Below are positions 48,187 to 60,643 of a DNA stretch of 64,000 bases, one piece after another (within the stretch, counting starts at the first letter, position 1; each line of letters begins with the position of its first letter). A program made the position numbers and the translations under genes. Source of the stretch: Yuukianura sp. NJ FZ-2021 (taxonomy: Eukaryota); contig CM102283.1 in NCBI GenBank assembly GCA_046563655.1, forward strand, positions 5,332,001 to 5,396,000. The letters are read 5' to 3'. The notes beneath the pieces are model-generated. The model was not told where the DNA came from. It saw only the letters and a list, made by a program, of their open reading frames with translations, and searched no databases.

Positions 48187-49167
48187 GATTAAGATACGTC
48201 ACTTATTATGAGTAAGCAAACAACGTTATATCCTCTTCACGTTAGGCAGTTGACTTACAAAGGGATCAAAGAACCGCAGTGGACCACCAACACTAGTACT
48301 AGACTGTACGACACACTGGAACAATCAGGAAAAAATGTTCCGGTCAAAAAAATAAATAAAACGACCGTAACACTTACTGATGACGTTGCTGACGCTGAGT
48401 CGTTCAACGTATGACCGACTTGTCTTTTACCACCCTTTCGCTCGTTTTTTACCACCCTTTCGCTCATGGCATGACTTCACAATCTTTCGCTGATTCGCAC
48501 TAAAAGTAACCTGAGACACAACAACAATAATCAAACTATAAACATAACACAAACCAACAATTAGCATAATCAGACCCAACAACTATAATTAAATTAAATA
48601 AAACAACCTGTTCCGACAACGAACTGTTTACATTTTCGACGCCAGGTGCCACTTCGTCAATCGTAACATCAAGAAGAGATGCCGAATACACAGAAACGTT
48701 AATGACACGGACCATTGTAAAAAAAAACGCAACACAACACACACACACACACTCTTCAACCCCTCTCCTTTTTTTTGCAATTAACTTGCACAAATAAAAA
48801 AAATGACAACAAACAACCCTGACAAAAACACAATTCAGGAGCTCGTGTTACAAAATTCAAAACTTTCGACCATTCCCGCCACCTTCCCAATCCACCCTAA
48901 CCCTCTCCCCTCTGAAGAAGAGGACGCCACGCCATTCTCTTATCCACACGAGAAGGGGTAACGAGGCAACACCATTCAGAACAATAAGAAATAATTGATC
49001 CAGGAAAAATCAATAATGTCAGTCCAATCCCTGTATAGCCTAACTAACTTACAACATCGTTTGGTGCGCCCATACTATGGAAACTATCTGAAATATTAAA
49101 TAAACTTTATAATACTGTTTTTGTTAAAAATATAGAACAGAATTGCTAAAGTTAAAATTTTAAAATT

Positions 49168-49306
49168 ACCACGTACTCCATCCGAATCAAAATTGTTTTC
49201 CGATGACATCATTTGAGTTGGGACGAGAGACATAATCCGTACTGTTTCTGGTTTCAAGTCCGCAGTTTTCTTTCCACCACCAGTTTTGTAAAGTTTTTTA
49301 CGCTGG
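49168..49306 (-). pseudogene. Myb/SANT-associated (MSANTD/Harbinger ORF-like) fragment
   Basis: QRKKLYKTGGGK..IMSLVP..NNFDSDG; cut by an LTR. Confidence 0.4.
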
Positions 49307-50056
49307 TGTTATGAAAAAGATAGTTTCTACAGAAGAGACTCGCAGTTTGCAGAGTAAAGTAGAGTGACTTTTTATTTTCAGAAAGTTGAAAGGTTGTTGA
49401 ACTCTGGTCCGTTCGCAGAACGGAAAAAGTTCTGGTAAGATAGAATGTTGAAGAAAGAGTGAATGTCGAGGGGTCACGGCCGAGCCCTTCTCAAAAGGCG
49501 CCGTGTTATCAAATATGCAATTCTAAATTTAGACTTGAGTTTGAACAAAAGACTAAAGACTAGAATACAGGCAATGAACTGTAAAGTCTAACAATGTGTG
49601 CAAAAATAGATTTTTGCAAGAGAACAAAAGACTAATAATTACCATAATCTTGAGAATTACTTGACTTCATAACATTTCCCTACCGTTAGTTTGGAAAATC
49701 TCCTGAGTTTCTCGGAATTGGTCGTTGTGGGCAGGATTTGCGCTTATGACCGAACCGGCCACAGATGAAACAGGACTTCGGACGTTGGCGTGGGGGGTTC
49801 TCCGTGGCCATTGACCAAAGCGTAGCTCGGAGATCACGGGGATCGCAGAGTACGACGATTGGGCGTCCGGATGCCCTCGGTTGACCTTGGGCAATTTGCG
49901 GTTCAATGACGTGCTCTGCTCATCCTGGGGCAGTCGTGTTGTCGTCTGTTGTGTCAGTGGATCGTGATTGGTTGAAGATTCGGATTGGTCGGAGCCTTCT
50001 TTTTCTTTGAAATTTTTCACTTTGAAAAATCGGTATTTCCGTCCGTTGGCTGACAC
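49307..50056 (-). mobile_element. 3' LTR (49307-49674) with PPT and adjacent internal fragment
   Basis: TGTTATGAA..TTCATAACA; minus-strand purine tract GGTAGGGAAA abuts the LTR. Confidence 0.65.
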
Positions 50057-50380
50057 TATCGTCCGAAACTATCAAAAGCTATTTCTCAAATTTACAGTGC
50101 GGTATAAATGAGTGTTTAAACGATAAGTGCCGTTAATTTTTTAAATTAACCGTTTTAATTAAAAAACAAAAAAAAAACAATTAATGGTTTTTTAGCATAA
50201 TTAATTTTTTTAAATTCGAATGAAATGTTGTAATTAACTACAGCAAGCAAAATGGCCGCCGCTAGACGTACCGCTTGATAGCTACGCTCCAACAATGTAA
50301 CATTACCAAATTCGGTTTTATGACTAAATTAAATTCTGTTGCTACAGGAAGCTTATACATACTTTCTACACTATGACTAA

Positions 50381-50650
50381 TTACCGAAAAATTGGGCGAT
50401 TGTTTTCCAGCGTTTGCATATACATAATAAAGTATGGTGTATTATGGGAATCCGTTGTCGAATCCACAATCAAGCTGAAAGGATTTCCCTCAGCAATCAT
50501 GTATTCTACCAACATTTTGTGCATTTCTTGGCTTAAATGCGACGTTATTTCTTGTGTAGCTTTATCGTTGTAGTAATACGATTGTAACGCAACCTGTAGA
50601 TCCTTAAGAAGTGATACAAAGTCTGGATGCCGATGAAAAGGTGTGTTGGT
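50381..50650 (-). pseudogene. hAT transposase fragment (KIAA1586/ZMYM-like)
   Basis: Manual translation HPDFVSLL..EITSHLSQEMHKMLV..PFSLIVDSTTD..FIMYMQ contains the first catalytic Asp motif FSLxxDxxTD. Confidence 0.65.
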
Positions 50651-50994
50651 TGGAATCGTTCTGTCAACACGACTGTGTCGAGGTGGTCTAAGCTGTCCAG
50701 TTTTTGTATTTTTGGGTCCCTGTTCGAATTTTCCTCACTAGAAACCAAATCTGCTATTCTAAACTTCCGGTGGATATGTCCACTTCTTCGGTCCCTGTAC
50801 TGTCGTGTCGTTTCCGTTGTCTTTCAATTGGAGTAATGGCTGGTTGTTTCAGGGTTTGTTGACTTGGTTAAGAAGTTGAGGGTTAAGAAGTGTCGAACTT
50901 AAAAGTTTGCTCATTATGTTAGAAAGTGTGAGATTAGTTTGGTAAGAGCTGTGATGCGACTGTTCTCTGTTGCTGTCAAAATCGAACTCCCTAC

Positions 50995-51310
50995 CACTGT
51001 GCATTACTCCACAGATACAGCACTCATAAAATAAGCACACATAACAATCTACAGTTAGCACGTTGTATCCACGAGAGGCGTAGACTGAAATCGGAAATAG
51101 GATTCATTTTAAATTTGTTGTGGTGTTGTACTTATAAAAATAAATAAAACTCAAACATAAAATAGTATTACTCCTTCTTAGTTGTGTAACGCATGCTGAG
51201 TCGGCATTTTGTAAAAATCCATGTACGATAACTTTTAGGTGAATTCCAGCGTACCAGCCGAAGTTTATTGGTACAATATCCGATATGTGGAGCGCATCGT
51301 CCCCTCTGTT
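50995..51310 (-). pseudogene. Lipase-family gene fragment, copy 2
   Basis: Clearly homologous to 32829-33143; LKVIVHGFLQNADSACV and YASRGYNVLTVD. Confidence 0.5.
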
Positions 51311-51378
51311 CTATAACACTACACTACTAAAAACAACTACACTAAATAATACTTCGTCTAGTCTACAGTTATGAAAAT

Positions 51379-51958
51379 TTAGGGAGGGCACCCGTTGTGT
51401 AGATTGCACACAATCGTCTTATTTTGTTGAGGTTCACATGAAAACCTCCCACAACTGGTACACTTGGTACGGGAATCTCTTCTACAAATATGGCAGTCCC
51501 TTTTCCCATTTTGGATTGGGCCTTGTGGGCGAAGAAACCGTTGTTGGAGGGTTTGGTTTACGCCGGCAGGTACATCTCTCAGTGCTGTCGCGGTGGACTT
51601 CTTCAGGCCATCTTCCACAGAACGACGAAACGTTGCGGCCACAACAAATCATATCCCAGGGTTTCCACGAATACAGAGCTTTCCGTGGTCTCTTGATCTT
51701 CAGTTGAGATTATTGACAGAATATAGTGTTCCAGAGTTGGCGACAGCGACATAAGCCATCTGGCAGAAAGTCGTGAAGGGTTAGACCTATTTGATCGGTT
51801 GCAGCTGTAATTCTCAACGAGTTGATCAACGTTGTCAACACCTCTTTTGGTCCTGCATAAAGGAAAAGTATGAAACTTAAGAATAGAATGTAACTTTAAT
51901 AGATTCGAGGCTTCCTGAATACCTGTTGTAATGCAATATTATTTCAGGCTTTTCAGGC
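51379..51958 (-). pseudogene. piggyBac transposase C-terminal remnant with a 70-nt intron (51853-51922)
   Basis: KPEIILHYNR|TKRGVDNVDQLVENYSC matches YNxTKGGVDxxD; C-terminal Cys-rich domain CHIC..KCTSCGRFSC..VC. Confidence 0.8.
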
Positions 51959-53129
51959 TATTGTGTATTCTTTGTTCATGTTGACACCAGGAACGTATTT
52001 ATTGACAATCGTTTGCAGTGACTGTTTTATTTGATTCTTAAGCTCGGGATCTTTGTAATTTCCCGTAATGAAGTAGTACGCAATGTCGACGATAGGAAAT
52101 GAGAATATTTGATAATAAGGTTGAAGTTTGGCAGCATCTTGGCTCAGGATTTGTTTATGCGCTGATATTATGTTCCGTTATGTTTGTAAAGTGCACTGGA
52201 TGCAATGGAGAGAAAAGGATAATTGGATATGCTAATCCGCTGATACAAATGTCTTTACTTTCAAGCTCCTTCTTCCCCTATTGCTGACTCATGTGGTCAG
52301 CCATTTTGAAAATTTTATGCAAACGTTAAGTTTTTGAGTTTTTAGACATTTTGGGCATGACATGTGCTCTTTTTTAACTTTAAATGACCTGAAAACCACT
52401 TACTCTAAAAAAACAGCGACAGCAAGCACTAATGGGTTGCGGTTTGGTTTGTGAGGGTACCTTTCTGTTGAAGATTTTTTTTACGGTTTTTTCGTGTGTT
52501 TTCGAATCTTCGGAGCTGACTCGTCCTGAGTCACTTAGTCGCCACGTGCTGCGGGTAACGGCTCGAAATCTCCCTGGCTGCACGGTGGAGCCTTGGTCAG
52601 CCGGATGCAATGTCAATGAATGAACGGAGAGACTAAGAAGAGCTTGTTTCTCTGAATAAGGCTGTATTAGTACTAATCTCCCTACTCATACATTTCTAAG
52701 AATCAGTGTGTACGCTATATTACCCTAAGGGGGTGTGGTCATCCTCCACCAGAGTTTATATAACTTTTACTAAATTGAAATGCAACTGAAGAAAATGTTC
52801 GTCTAACTGCATACTTGCTGGTAGTATTTATCAAAGTAACCTGTTGACGCTAAGGCGCGTCGTGCTGGCCTGACCGTGGAAAATTGCTATTGTTATGTTT
52901 CCGGTATTGAGCTTCATATAACTGAAGTCAATCAAAATATTCTGAGGAAAATGAACAAAACTAATCGCCTGCCGTGCCTTAATGTTTTGAATGACTGGAG
53001 TGATATGAAATGGAGCAAAAAAGAACCAATCGTCAATGACTCATTCTGAAAAGTGGATCACACTAGACTAATCAAAATTCACTCTGTCTGTATCTTGCTC
53101 TCGCCTCAATTCATAAACGAGATGAGTAA

Positions 53130-53720
53130 GCATCACAATAAAATCATCAATTGTTTAACACGGGTTATTAAAGTCTAACATGTTCGGTTCTCAAAATTTG
53201 TGATTTGGTGTGAAGATGTGCAAAGTGGAATTGCCTATGACAATATTAGATCTAAGTCTGCATGCTGCGATAATCCTTGTGTGTGTAGTGCTCAAATTGA
53301 GTGTAAGGTATGGAGCTGGTTTGGCGGTGTCTGTTTCAGTGTAGAGCTGCTTGTAGAAGTGGCTGTGGGATTTGGAGCAAATCTTGTACAGTTTCAAATC
53401 ACTGGGGAGGGAAAGTCGACTTGTTTCAATACACCTTTTGTTGTGGTGTCGATGCAAAGGATAACCTCTGCCCCCAGAAGATGATTTCCAGGGCCCTTTT
53501 CTCTCATTTCCTCCAAAACTTGAAAAAAGCACTCTGAAATTGAGTGCTCACTGGAATGTGGTTTCCCGATTGTTGCAATTCGTCCTCTCTTTTCAATCAT
53601 GCTGGCGGCCATTAGTTCCTGAATATGATTTTCACATGCCGTCAAGCTGATTTTACACAAGATCATCTCCATTTTTGGCCAACGTGTAAAGAAATTTCGA
53701 ATTACTTGGATTTTTTTAAC
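53130..53720 (-). pseudogene. LINE ORF2 C-terminal remnant
   Basis: FYKQLY..PAPYL..RIIAACRL is typical of post-RT regions of non-LTR elements; frameshifted. Confidence 0.45.
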
Positions 53721-53723
53721 AAT

Positions 53724-54720
53724 TCAAGGCTCCTCAACTCGACTACAAGGATCCTCAGGCGACAGAAGATCCTTGAGTGGCGTGTATGTACGCATGCCCA
53801 GAGACGAGCAGAAGACAGCTTTGCAGCGTGCCTCTTGTTCCTTTTCGTCAATTCCATTTAACAGGAGAAAGTACTTGAACAGATCAGTCCAATCGTTAAA
53901 GTCGTCCTTGTCCTGTACGAAGGACGGAACCGAACCGATGACGTGGACGAACTGAGTTGGAGTAACGGTTGGTTTGGAAGAGCTAGTAGATGCCATGATG
54001 TACTGTTCCTCAGATTATAGCAGTTAAACAAACTAACAATGATCGATTGGGTAATGTTAGGAAATGGGGATAGGCTAATTCAGATTACCGTGCCCAAAGT
54101 TACCAATGACGATTACCGTTGATCCCGTTGTGTCGTTGTGTTGTCGTTGCTGCGATGTAGAATCGTTGTTTGACTAGCCACGCCAAATGTGGTGTATCGG
54201 CAGTTTTAAATAAATGTAGAATTTATTTAATCAAACTTAAATCTAACAATTAAGTATTGCGAAGTATTGAGAAACTGTAAAGCTGACCTCCCAAACTACT
54301 GCTACTACTGACCAATGAACTGGAGGGGAAAACTAACTGGAAAAGGGGGCAAGGGCGCTACATCATCCTCCCTTAAGAGATAGTTACCAGGGCGAACCCT
54401 GGTCACTCTCTCTGATAACTCTAGCGACCTTGACGATTCTTCTTATTCTTCTGGTTCTTCTTGTAGTTGACGTTCTTCCGGTTACGGTTCTTCACGTGGC
54501 CCTCCGGGTTGTCCCATTTCTTGAATTCCTTGTGTCGTTGGAGTTTGCGCTTGGCGTAGGGGGCTTTGCTTCTCCGAATACGACAAGTAGCAGCGAAATG
54601 ATCAAAGTCTCCGCAGAACCAGCATTGCTTGAGGCCCGGAGGTTAACGACTGACAGCATGAGTTGGTTCTTTGGGTTTTGCTGCTTCTTTCACCGGTTCT
54701 TTCAGAAAATCCACGTCTTC
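53724..54720 (-). mobile_element. Gypsy (Mag-like) remnant: internal 3' end, PPT, LTR 54188-54362, PBS, gag start 53996
   Basis: PPT AAGGGAGGATGA; LTR TGTAGCG..CCACA; PBS TGGCGTGGCTAG; gag IGSVPSF..DWTDLFKYFLLLNGI..SLGMRTY..LKDLLSP. Confidence 0.75.
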
Positions 54721-56295
54721 TTAAGACACGGTGATGATGAGTTCGTCCTCTGCTGTGTCCGACATCACGACATTCCGAGTTGGTTCCAAATCCAAAGGTT
54801 TATCTGAAATAAAGGAAGTATTAGTATTTGTATTTTGTTTTGAAGCCAAATCTTTGACGTCTGGTTGAATTGTAAGTGGTGGGGGCGACATATCCCAATC
54901 AAAATTGTCAACAAATGTAACAGTTTGTTGAATTGTACGTGGTGCTGGATCGGTTGGAAGTTGAATATCCCAATCATCTTCGTATTCCGGTAACACAACT
55001 ACCGGTTTCTTCACCAGGTTGGAAGCCGAATCTCCGACTTCCAAAATTTGGTCTTCCCAGTTATCCTGTTTGATGATTTTCAGAACTCGCTTCTGGAAAA
55101 AATAATCAATTTTTGATGATCCGGGAATTGTTTTTAGTTGCACTGCCTTCTCTGGGCGAGCTCTCGCTAAATCTAGTACTAGCGAATCCTTGACGAAATC
55201 CGAAGGTTAACGAACGTATAAGGCGTTCTTTGTGCAGCCTTCTTCAAAATTTTTAAAATTTGTAACTGGCGCAACTGCATTTTTAAACCATTACACTTGA
55301 CGTCGAAAATAAAATCTTTTGTTGATACTATTTGTCGATGGTCGAAAAAATACGGCGGCAAGAGAAATAAACGTAGCGGCCGGTGAAGTCGAGTTAAAGG
55401 AATCACGCATAAAATTCCAATGAAAGTTTACAAAAACTGGCTGATACTACCATGATCTTGTTTTGAATCCAAATTGAGAAAACTGAAATTGTCGCGCGAA
55501 CGGCCATTTGCGATTACGTACATCTGTTCGCAGAGTTCTACGAATTACAATGTTGAGTTTTGTTCTCAGTTCTGGCATTTTCAACGTTATATTAATCTAT
55601 CTGAAGCTAGAAGAAAACAAAAGCAAAGCTAAAATGGGTGTTCACACTGAGTATCATTTGAAATTAATAACTCACGGAAACTAGCCAATTTTTTCCCCTA
55701 TAAGCCACGAACATCTCTCCGTCGTTGTCTTCATCATGACGTACAACGTCAACATGAAAGTTGACACATTTCTTTTTGAGCCGTTCCTTGAACGAAGAAA
55801 ACAACTGAGCCACGTATCAAAAAAAAAAGTACAACATGAAGGAAAAAGTTAAAGAAATAAAAGAAACTTATTTTTTGTAGCAATGAGCGCTGAGGAGCGA
55901 AAAGTTGAGGTATTACCGCAGTATCGGCTTCATGTCGAAAACATATCCATTCTGCCCATGCAAAAGTTCTTGTTCCTAATTGTTAGTTGAAAAAGTTATG
56001 TTTAGCCCAAACTTTGTGAATGTCTCAAAGAAGAATTTGATGAAGTATTTGTATATTTATTTTGCATTGACAATAGTCCAAAAGCTCCTAGCATCAAGGA
56101 ACTTGTTTCGGGAACTCGCGTTCACATTAGGTAAAAAAGGTCCTAGGAACTTGTGCCCGAAGCTTCGGGTACAAAAGTTTCTCCACTCCACGCGACAAAA
56201 TAATAATGAACTAGTTTGCATAATTGAATTCGTACATTTAATTGTTATCATTCCTAAGTGGGTTTTGTTTGTATCGACACAAATAGCAGAGCCCA

Positions 56296-56500
56296 CTAAT
56301 CATTTGCCACAATTGATCTCCCTCTCATCTTCCACTGTTGTCGTTGTGCCCACATTTCCTTTGACTTGTCGCCAGACTGCGGGTGTTCCCTCCGCCATTG
56401 GGCTTTGGCGTCATGCCAATGCTGATTTGAAGGGTCCTTGGGTTGGGGACAATTTACCCTGAAGTGTCCCTTCAGTCCACAGTTTGCACACTGATTTGAA
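56296..56500 (-). pseudogene. CCHC zinc-knuckle exon fragment, probably TE-derived
   Basis: CANCGLKGHFRVNCP. Confidence 0.4.
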
Positions 56501-57316
56501 GAAGCTAAGAACAAAAAAAAACGCATAACTACCCCAGAATTGAGTGGAAGGTTCTACACACCTAACACCAAACCTTCAAAAAAACTAAACTCTAACTCTC
56601 AAGTTTCACCCAATGGTGCCCTTCCGAGTAGTGGACCCCACCAAAAGTTATGGCAAGGCACCACCAGGGGTACGACCCCATTCACCAAAGTTTATGGGGG
56701 GCGGGCGGTGGCACGAACGGGTTGGTGCCACCACCGTTAGGTTACGGTAACTGCCTTGACGGGGAACTCCTCTTCCGCAGCCAAAGAACGCTGCTTATTA
56801 ATTACACCTTTGTATTAATTTAATTTGCCGTTTGTCCATAGCTATGCAATGTTTGAAATCCGATGAATAATGAAGAGTATCCCCATCGCTCTGCTAGAGT
56901 TACAATGAATAGAGCACAGTGAGCCGGTATCTCGAACCAAGCACCCAACGTTCGTTCGTTCGTTCAACAATTCTGTCACGTACGTGGTCATGATCGATCA
57001 CATTCATGGGGTACGTCATGTACCCCATGAATGTTTGCACAGGGACGAATTTTGTGTAATCATTTTGAGATGCTAGTCACTAGTTGAGCTAACCACAAAT
57101 AAAGTATCTAGTATCTACGATATAACTGTACTAAGGTAGTTTATATTAAGTAAAGTAACTGCACACATCTCCACCACTAATTAATTATTGGTTTTATTAT
57201 TGCATGTCATAGATTTCTACATTTTAATGTTAGGGACGAAGTTATGAAACCTTTTTTAATAAAAATTTTAAATCATATTCGTGGCAGTTATCAATAGAAA
57301 TCAGTTTGAAATAAAT

Positions 57317-59730
57317 TTATTTTGCAAACGTTTCTAAAAGTTGTCGGAATTCGTCGCACTTCGGTTCCAGTTTGAGGATTTGCTCTGCCTCCTTCCCATA
57401 TTCCATAATTTTTGTATGCTCAGAAGCACTTAACGACTCGTAATGCCGCTTCATCTTCAGTCCTCGTGATAAGTAAAACAGAATGATACCTAATTGCCAC
57501 AAAATAGGTTAATTTAAATATAGTAATATCGTCGCACTGCGTAAATAAAATAAATGGTACTAATCTTAAGTTCTTAACATCGTTTCACCTCTATTTCTAG
57601 TCATGCCTGGAGTGAGCTTGTCAAAAATGAAAAAGACGTTCGTTGCAAGTTTCAGGAAGATTCGTGCTAACTCCGCCTGATCTTTGTGCGTCCAAACGCT
57701 TTCATTTGAACAAACTTGATCTGGTGTGTCAATGATGGTATGGATGGTAGCAATCATTGCAGTTTTTATGGGTAGCAAGGAATAGTGGTTGGGATGAATG
57801 ACATCCTTGCCCAACCTATCAATTGTAGCGTCCATTTTGATGATATAGTCCGACTTAATGGAGAGAAGTTCTGGGCTATCCATGGGAAGCTTATCTCCAT
57901 CTGAAGAGTAAAATTCAAGTTCACTAAACAATGGATCATCCACTGTCATCTGCGTCGATTCGGCTACTTGACGCAGCGCTGGAAAAACAAGTGTGTTGTA
58001 GTTCCACTTTTTTCGGCATTCTGGGCATGTCCATGACGATGATAAGTCTAACGGTTTTTCTGGCAGCACAAACTTTCCTTGTCGCCGACATTTTTTCGTT
58101 TGGCACAAAATTCCTGAGAAATTCGTTTGGAGTTCAGAAGGATCCTGGCAGCGAGAACAGGAACAAGTAAACCAGTAAATGTTTTGAAGCAATTCTTGAC
58201 GTCGATGTGTTCCTGTGAGGAGACTTCCATAGAGTTGCGTCAACACCGAGCCTGCTGCGATTCCCAAAGTCGAAACTACAATGAGCTTGGAGTCGACGTT
58301 TGTCGTAACCTCGTCGGTTTCGGAAGACGTCTGAGCCATGCTCCGCGTGTTGGGCAAACATGAATGTGAGATTTTGCTTCCAAGTTCGTAGAGTTTGACG
58401 TAGAATCTGCAGGTTTTAATAAGAAATATTTATTAACCACAAGATTTAATGTTAGGAAATATGATTTTTTTTTCAGTTCAAGCTTGTTTACTTAGAAGCG
58501 TCACTGTATCCGTTAACGGTTAACATGCCATAGATTTTTTCAATTTCTTCAACACCAACATCAAGCAGTTTGCAGCGACCAAGTATGAAATTTGTAGCAC
58601 CCAGAATCTTGTCGAGTCCTTGAGGTTGACGACGTATACTTTCGCGGTGGAATTCAAATTTTGAGAATTTGTTCCACAAAGTTTCGTTTTTTGATTTCAT
58701 CAATACGCACCGAAGGATTGTCACAAACAAGAATTCATCTTCTGAAGATGGACGGCCCACTTGATTCGACTCGAATATTTTGCACTCGTAGTCCTGATGC
58801 CACGGATTCTAGAAGAATCAAGAAAGTAACTTTTGAAATTTTAGTCTCAAAAAAAGTTACTTTGTGTCGCCGAGATTTACCTTTTTTTTTAAAATAACGC
58901 TTCCTGGTTCTATTTAATTTTTTTTTGAATCATAGTTTTTTGTTTTATTATTGGAACTATGTTATGACTTATGAGCTATATGTGTATGGCTTCGGGCTGT
59001 GGGAAAAATCAATTAAAACAAATCCGTAGTTGATTGACAATTGCATTTTAAAAGTAGAACTCCGAAAGGGAAAAAAGTTTGATTACAAATCATTAATCAA
59101 CAGTCACGACTCGGCATTTGCTTTGACAGTTTTGCCTGAAAAGTACTAAACTGGGACAAAAGTCAGAAATTGAACAAAGTGATACTGAATGAGTGGCAGT
59201 GGTAGTCATAAACCTTCAGCTTTACTCGTTTTAGGTCACAGCAGTATGAATACAATTACCACCAGGATCTCTTCAGCAACTAACTAACTCATCCATGTTG
59301 TCATTTTTACAAAGATTCCTTTGAACACAAACTGTGCTTATAACGTAGTATTTCCAACCTGGTGACATTTGGATCCACACATTGGCCACTGACAGACTGG
59401 ACACGAATGGGGCTCCGTAGGAGAAACCAAATTGCAGCATCCCAGACAAACTTGCGCTGCTTTTGCCAAATTACTGCGTGGGCCAACCACGATTGGTTTC
59501 TCTGTCCAAATGACTTCACCACATGAAATGTCCCTGGTAGCCACCAGATGATGGCCTAATGTTTGTGTCCATTCCACTTTGACTGGGTGACATATTGGTT
59601 TGTGGGCCCTTCGGTCGAACTTCTGGTGATTCTTGGAACAGTAACTCACTTTTTTGCAATTCGCACAGGTCAAGGTGCAAGGGTCAAGACAGAAGGCGCA
59701 CAGTCCCGGGCTACTCGTATCTGCACTCAT
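57317..59730 (-). CDS. SET and MYND domain protein (SmydA/SMYD-like); exons 59730-59359, 58808-58492, 58406-57589, 57489-57317
   Basis: N-terminal MYND (CAFC..CANC..YCSKNHQ..HKPIC), GHHLVATRDI..GEVI..EKP, second Cys cluster, SHSCLPN, Y..RRQELL..YWFTCSCSRC. Splice phases are consistent. Confidence 0.92.
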
Positions 59731-60643
59731 TGCAAAAAAAATTATACAAGAAAAGACAAGAAACTGCTACTGCATTCCATTCAGACCTCCGAGAACCAGA
59801 TTCGGGTTAATTTTAGAACACTTCCGCGTGCTAAGATTTTATTCATCAGAGAAAGAGACGCATGCTCAGCGGAGTCTAAAGTATTATTTCCTGGAATATT
59901 CAGCACTGTATGGGAGAATTTTTATGGAAAGGTAGAAAATAAAATTCAGTAAAATGATGAATATGAATTTAAAAAATAAGAACAATACAAATGCTGATAT
60001 GGAATTTGAGTCCTGTTTTGCCATACGTCAAAACAAATTCTGGTTGCTCTTTGCTTAAGGAGGGGTGATTGATGTGGATATCAAGTGTCAATTTAGTCGC
60101 TACTCGCTACCCCTCGAAATGGCAATCCCTGCAAGTTCATTATCATTCTCTTAAATTTAGTCGTACACCCCACGCCAACCTCCACGAGTGTCAATAAATT
60201 CAATGTTTTCATTTTCAAAAACGGTGAATCAGTCATTGGTGGCAGTGGAACAATCGTCACATTCAGCATCAGATACGCTACCACTTCCTTGTCACTAAAC
60301 AATACTTAAAACCAATTAGTTCTTTTAGTAGTTTTTGTAAGTTTCCATTAGAAACCTTATTTTTCTACCATGCGCCTCTCTATTTGTACAGTTTTTCTCA
60401 GGAAATGAGCGGATAAGGAATAGAAAAGCGTAAAAATTGGCGTTCGGATACATTTGTAGGATACAGTTGAATACCAAAGAATAAGTTCTTCAGCCGCCGT
60501 CGATTTTTTTCCCCATTGCGTTTTGATGTTCAATAAGAAATCGTTTTGTGCATCTTGGTGATATTATTCTAACACTTGTGAGTGGCATTTTGACTTAATT
60601 GCGACTTACTTGATTAGTAAATTGTGAGTTATTTTTTTAAACG

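Noticed and set aside
54721-55406. Acidic 140-aa ORF and its neighbour
   Set aside because: No recognisable family; cannot be told apart from decayed TE sequence.
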